DNA from: a virus | Reading direction: 5' to 3' (one strand) | DNA: 64,000 bases | Virus record (IMG/VR): IMGVR_UViG_3300048592_000443 | Location: 5,947-69,946 of that record | Notes under the pieces: model-generated | What the model was told of the DNA's origin: nothing | The model's database searches: none | What the model saw: the letters and a program-made list of their open reading frames with translations, nothing else | Part shown: positions 61,950 to 64,000 of the stretch, in pieces | Position numbering within the stretch: position 1 is the stretch's first letter | How the letters are laid out: every line of letters begins with the position of its first letter | Program-made: the position numbers and the translations under genes

Positions 61950-63461
61950 GTGCTGGTGCTAAAAATTCCGCTGCTTTCGGCGGCCGGCACGCTGGCCGCA
62001 ACGGTCCCTGGCTCGATATGGTGGATTGCCCCCGCTGTCGGCTTTGCTCTCACCGTGGTTTACGAGCATACCACGCCGCCAGAAGAGCGCCATGCGCTGT
62101 TGCGCCCCGGCGCAGGGCGCTATCTGATTACCGAAGGGCCGCAGATGGCAAGAGATGCCGGAGCCGCGCTGTCAGGCGGCGTACGCGCGTTGAGCGCGCC
62201 GCGCACGTCAAGAAAACATCTGACTGAGCCCAACACAGACAATCCCGCCACGTCGCGGGAACCGGCCGCCCCTGCTGCTGCCAGGTCGCAGCAGCAGGGC
62301 GCGGCGCGCAAGCAGTCGCAGGTGAGAGAGCGCCCGCGTTGGGTAGAGATTGTCAACGATGAGCCAGACAAACACCCGCACGCGCTCATCCTCGGCGGCA
62401 CGGGCGCCGGCAAGACGACGATGGCAAAGGCGATCATTGGCGACCGGGGCGGGCGCGCGGTTGTGCTGGCGCCGAAGGTGAGCCCGAAGGGCTGGGTCGG
62501 CTCTGGCGCCGAAATCATCACCCTTGACGACGACTGCACCTATGCACCGATTGTGCGAGCGCTTGAGGACATTGACGAGGAAAAGCGCCGCCGCTCTCGG
62601 CTTGTCAAGCTTGGCAAGACGCCTGAGCCTCTGACCATTGTGCTAGACGACATTCAGGATCTTGCGGTCAAAGAGCCTGCGGCCGGCGAACTAATGGTCA
62701 ACCTGTCGAGTATCGGGCGCGAGTTGAACATGCGCCTGATTGGCATCGGCACGACTGACGACGCACTCAACATTCGAGGCTGGAAGGCCAGTCGCAATAA
62801 CTACGTCAGGATTGAAACGGATAGCACCCGGCGCGGCGTCCTGAACGACGGCGTGCGTACGATTAACATTCACGCGCAGGAGAGCAAGCGCCTTGCCGAC
62901 GCTGCCAGGTTGCAGCCGTGGCGCGGTGAGGTTGAGCAATTGCCGTTGCCTGACCCTGCGCCCGCCCGCCGCGCCGTTGCGGCTGATGCGCCGCGACCCG
63001 CAACCGCGACGGCGCGTGTGCCGGCGCAGAGAACAGCAGCCGATCTTGACTTCCTGCTTGATGGCCTGCTCGCGCAAGAGGTGCCGGAGCCGGCGCGCAA
63101 GGCATCACTTGACGAGCGGATTGCGGCGGCGCTGCAAGGATCAGACGCGCCGCCCGATGCGCCACAGCACACCCTGACCGTCGAAGGCGGCGCCGGCCGC
63201 ACAACCGTCAACGTCTATCCTGCGCCCGCTACGGTTGTGCCGGTGCCTGTTGAGGCAACTCCTATGGTTGGGCGAACGCGGCGCCGACAGCCAAGTCGCG
63301 TCAACGCAAAGCGACTGCGCGAGCGTGCTGAGAAGTATCAGCAGGTCAAGCAGCTCGTTGCCGAGAACAAGAGCGGCAATGAGATCGATGACCTCGTGCC
63401 GGGTGAGCGCAAAAAGATCCTGCGTCTGGTCAGGCAGGCAAAGGCCGAACTAGGCAAGTGA
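61950..63461 (+). CDS. Membrane-anchored FtsK/TraB/VirD4-like P-loop ATPase
   Basis: N-terminal TM; PHALILGGTGAGKTT, L.PK, E..RR, IVLDD, GRELNM.LI; C-terminal HTH-like tail. Confidence 0.78.
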   Translation: MLVLKIPLLSAAGTLAATVPGSIWWIAPAVGFALTVVYEHTTPPEERHALLRPGAGRYLITEGPQMARDAGAALSGGVRALSAPRTSRKHLTEPNTDNPATSREPAAPAAARSQQQGAARKQSQVRERPRWVEIVNDEPDKHPHALILGGTGAGKTTMAKAIIGDRGGRAVVLAPKVSPKGWVGSGAEIITLDDDCTYAPIVRALEDIDEEKRRRSRLVKLGKTPEPLTIVLDDIQDLAVKEPAAGELMVNLSSIGRELNMRLIGIGTTDDALNIRGWKASRNNYVRIETDSTRRGVLNDGVRTINIHAQESKRLADAARLQPWRGEVEQLPLPDPAPARRAVAADAPRPATATARVPAQRTAADLDFLLDGLLAQEVPEPARKASLDERIAAALQGSDAPPDAPQHTLTVEGGAGRTTVNVYPAPATVVPVPVEATPMVGRTRRRQPSRVNAKRLRERAEKYQQVKQLVAENKSGNEIDDLVPGERKKILRLVRQAKAELGK

Positions 63462-63584
63462 TCTGGTTCGCCTGGCCTGCACTGGTTCTGAGGCGTCCTA
63501 ATGCCGCCGTACTGGTCTAGTTCAGGGTGCAGTTGCATCACGAACTGGACCAGTGCTTTTACTGGTTCGGAGGCGCCCTGATGC
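63461..63584. repeat. ACTGGTTC-type 8-mer cluster with a 24-bp direct repeat
   Basis: ACTGGTTCTGAGGCGTCCTAATGC (63481) and ACTGGTTCGGAGGCGCCCTGATGC (63561); IR ACTGGTCTAGTTC/GAACTGGACCAGT between them. Confidence 0.6.
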
Positions 63585-63642
63585 GGAATATTCGCCTTTG
63601 CTATCCGCAATCACGTAATATCACGTATTTTCCGTGGATTGC

Positions 63643-63670
63643 TTGACATTTCCAAACTTTGTGCTACACT
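63643..63670 (+). promoter_or_regulatory. Sigma70-type promoter
   Basis: TTGACA-16-TACACT with extended TG; degenerate operator just downstream. Confidence 0.6.
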
Positions 63671-63711
63671 TCGCATGTGTTGACACGTCGCACAAGTCAG
63701 GAGCAAGGGCA

Positions 63712-64000
63712 ATGACCGCAGAGACGACAATCACGATCCGCAATCGCTTCACGGGCAACACCATGTACGAGGTTAGCGCGCCAGATTTGCGCGGCGCCGT
63801 GTTGAAACTTATTTCAATCGACGCCGACCTGAGCGACGCCAACCTGAGCGACGCCGACCTGAGCGGCGCCAACCTGAGGCGCGCCGACCTGAGCGACGCC
63901 AACCTGAGCGACGCCGACCTGAGCGGCGCCAACCTGAGGGGCGCCGACCTGAGCGGCGCCAACCTGAGCGACGCCGACCTGAGCGGCGCCAACCTGAGGC
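63712..64000 (+). CDS. Pentapeptide-repeat protein (truncated by window end)
   Basis: I.NRFTG N-terminus then A(D/N)L(S/R)x repeats encoded by 15-bp tandem units. Confidence 0.9.
   Translation, partial: MTAETTITIRNRFTGNTMYEVSAPDLRGAVLKLISIDADLSDANLSDADLSGANLRRADLSDANLSDADLSGANLRGADLSGANLSDADLSGANLR

Larger units (their letters stand above)
1..64000. mobile_element. Tailed dsDNA phage genome (siphovirus-like, temperate-derived), apparently un-integrated; extends beyond the window
   Basis: TerS/TerL, portal, protease-scaffold, capsid, tape measure, tail, lysis, replication and xis genes in phage order; no host housekeeping genes; att-like site flanked on both sides by phage genes. Confidence 0.93.

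Overview
The whole window reads as one GC-rich, temperate-type tailed phage (siphovirus-like) genome with no host genes visible. The host is unknown; gene style suggests Chloroflexota, which is inference only. Layout: (i) + strand early arm, 1-17.7 kb: RecT-like recombinase, Gam-like protein, primase, PAPS-reductase-family protein, three helicase-like proteins, DnaQ exonuclease, HNH, DNA methyltransferase, MazG, HD hydrolase, excisionase. (ii) 17.7-19.0 kb: the integrase is cut to 12 codons and replaced by an ISL3 fragment carrying a two-gene cassette, including a stand-alone Cas11c (Cas8c C-terminus)-like protein fused to a DNA-binding domain, followed by a tRNA-like attP remnant. (iii) - strand late arm, 19.0-59.6 kb: lysis, terminase, portal, head, a sugar-biosynthesis/glycosyltransferase cluster and tail genes, interrupted by a + strand island of small genes with HTH regulators and two endonucleases. 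(iv) + strand, 59.8-64 kb: regulators, a membrane protein plus TraB/FtsK-like ATPase, and a truncated pentapeptide-repeat gene. Most notable: a 2H phosphoesterase whose N-terminus copies the major capsid protein N-terminal peptide; the Cas11-like cassette; a ColD/ColC-like pathway with a triple glycosyltransferase; a genome-wide 16-bp palindromic operator; four ~100-bp AT-centred palindromes; a shared late leader motif; and a candidate pseudoknotted ncRNA. All product calls are by eye from motifs and gene order; no searches were run.
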